Shown piece after piece: positions 26,021 through 27,154 of a stretch of DNA of 27,154 bases (the first letter of the stretch is position 1; each line of letters opens with the position of its first letter). The stretch is from a bacterium. Its GTDB lineage: Bacteria; Sysuimicrobiota; Sysuimicrobiia; Sysuimicrobiales; Kaftiobacteriaceae. The notes under the pieces are model-generated. The model saw only the letters and a program-made list of their open reading frames with translations. It was not told the origin of the DNA and ran no database searches. The position numbers were made by a program, and so were the translations under genes. Location of the stretch: assembly GCA_044868695.1 (NCBI GenBank), contig JBIOWP010000130.1, forward strand, positions 1 through 27,154, given 5' to 3'.

Positions 26021-27154
26021 CTACTTCACCAGGGCCGAGACGGGCACCAGCGCAATCTCCTGGCGATCGAACTCCGCCAGCATCTCGTTGAGGACCCGCG
26101 GGGTCAGGCGTGTGGCGTGGCCGATCGCGACGGCTTCCTTTCGCTGGAGTGCCGTGTTGATGAGGTGGCGCATTTGGGCGCGGATGGCGTCCGCCTGGTT
26201 CCGGTTGTCAAGGAAAACCGCCCGCGCCGCGGTGGGCACCTGCAGCTCTGCGGCCAGCCGCCCGGCCACGGAGTTGGGCGACGTGACGCTGTCGACAAAG
26301 ATGAGGCTCCGCGACTTCACCACGCCCAGCACCGCCCGCATGACCCGCTCATCCGCCGTGCCCTTGGACCCCATGTGATTGTTGAGCCCGACCGCTCCGG
26401 GCACGACCTGCAGGTCGGCGGTCACCACCTGGGCGATTTCTTCGTCACTCATCGCGCTCGTAATCCCGCCTGGTCCCAACGCGTGGCCCCCGTCCTGCGC
26501 CTCGAGCGGAAGGTGCAGGAGCACGTCCAGCCCAGCCTCCTGCGCCCGCAGCGCGATCTCGCGCGAAAAACGCAGCCCGGGGAGCACGGAGACCGTGACC
26601 GGCCGGTCCAGCGCCAGGATGGCCTCGAGCTGGGCGAGGTCCCCACCGGCGTCGTCAAAGATGATGGCGACCCGGGCGGACGGGACAAAGGGGACCAGCT
26701 GGACCTCGTGGGTGATGAGCTCGAGACCGGCCCGGCGGAACCCGACGCGGATCAGCGTCGGCGTCTGAAGGAGGATCTGGCCGCCGGAGGGCGCGATCTC
26801 GCGTTTGAGCAGACGCGCGAGCATGGCCCCGCTGGTGCGCGGCTTGACTTCAAGCGTCCGTGCGGTCCAGCGAAACACCTGCCCGCGCTGCTGGGCGCTG
26901 CGCGGCTGCCCGGTCACTTTGATCACCGCGGCGCTGCGGTCCAGCGCCGCGCGCAGCGCGGTGTCGAGCGCGACGTCGTCAATAGCGGAGCCCGGGGGCG
27001 CCACCGGCGCGGGGCGGACGGCGGGGGGAGCCGCCCCGCGCGACCACCATCCCTGGGAGAGCCCCACCCCGGCGACCAGGCCCGCGAGCACCACTCCCGC
27101 GACCAGCCACGTGGTGCGTTCGGAGGCCGATCGCAGCCGGGATCTCCGTCTCGA
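26021..27154 (-). CDS. Divergent polysaccharide deacetylase (YibQ-like), 5' end probably beyond the window
   Basis: [37 protein letters not shown]. The frame stays open upstream of 27094 to the window edge. Confidence 0.88.
   Translation of the reverse strand, partial: SRRRSRLRSASERTTWLVAGVVLAGLVAGVGLSQGWWSRGAAPPAVRPAPVAPPGSAIDDVALDTALRAALDRSAAVIKVTGQPRSAQQRGQVFRWTARTLEVKPRTSGAMLARLLKREIAPSGGQILLQTPTLIRVGFRRAGLELITHEVQLVPFVPSARVAIIFDDAGGDLAQLEAILALDRPVTVSVLPGLRFSREIALRAQEAGLDVLLHLPLEAQDGGHALGPGGITSAMSDEEIAQVVTADLQVVPGAVGLNNHMGSKGTADERVMRAVLGVVKSRSLIFVDSVTSPNSVAGRLAAELQVPTAARAVFLDNRNQADAIRAQMRHLINTALQRKEAVAIGHATRLTPRVLNEMLAEFDRQEIALVPVSALVK

Noticed and set aside
7457..26768. Many long antisense or alternate-frame ORFs (e.g. 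9844..11085, 12401..13453, 17233..18645, 24615..26378)
   Set aside because: They are shadow ORFs of well-supported genes, expected from high-GC codon bias.

Overview
High-GC bacterial chromosome window. The left ~6.6 kb is a mosaic, partly decayed genomic island integrated at the 3' end of the tmRNA gene (ssrA, 6561-6910, minus strand). It is bounded by an exact 23-bp direct repeat (28-50 and 6561-6583) with arm-type repeats inside both ends. The island carries a 5'-truncated tyrosine integrase and a tightly coupled RuvB-like ATPase / excisionase-like HTH / Xer-type recombinase module with no RuvA. It also carries two secreted hypothetical proteins, a small Cys-rich protein and a GIY-YIG nuclease. 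Its RNA elements are two non-canonical tRNA genes (one with an Arg-type body and the rare anticodon ACT) and unassigned structured-RNA candidates. The rest looks like core genome: membrane protein, smpB, hotdog thioesterase, mog/moaB-moaC-moeA, kbl-tdh, an uncharacterised PEPCK/HPrK-like P-loop protein, a secreted protein plus DUF2231-like membrane protein, an OmpR/PhoR(WalK)-type two-component pair, livKHMGF, glutamate dehydrogenase and a divergent polysaccharide deacetylase that runs off the right edge. All calls come from reading motifs by eye; no searches were run.
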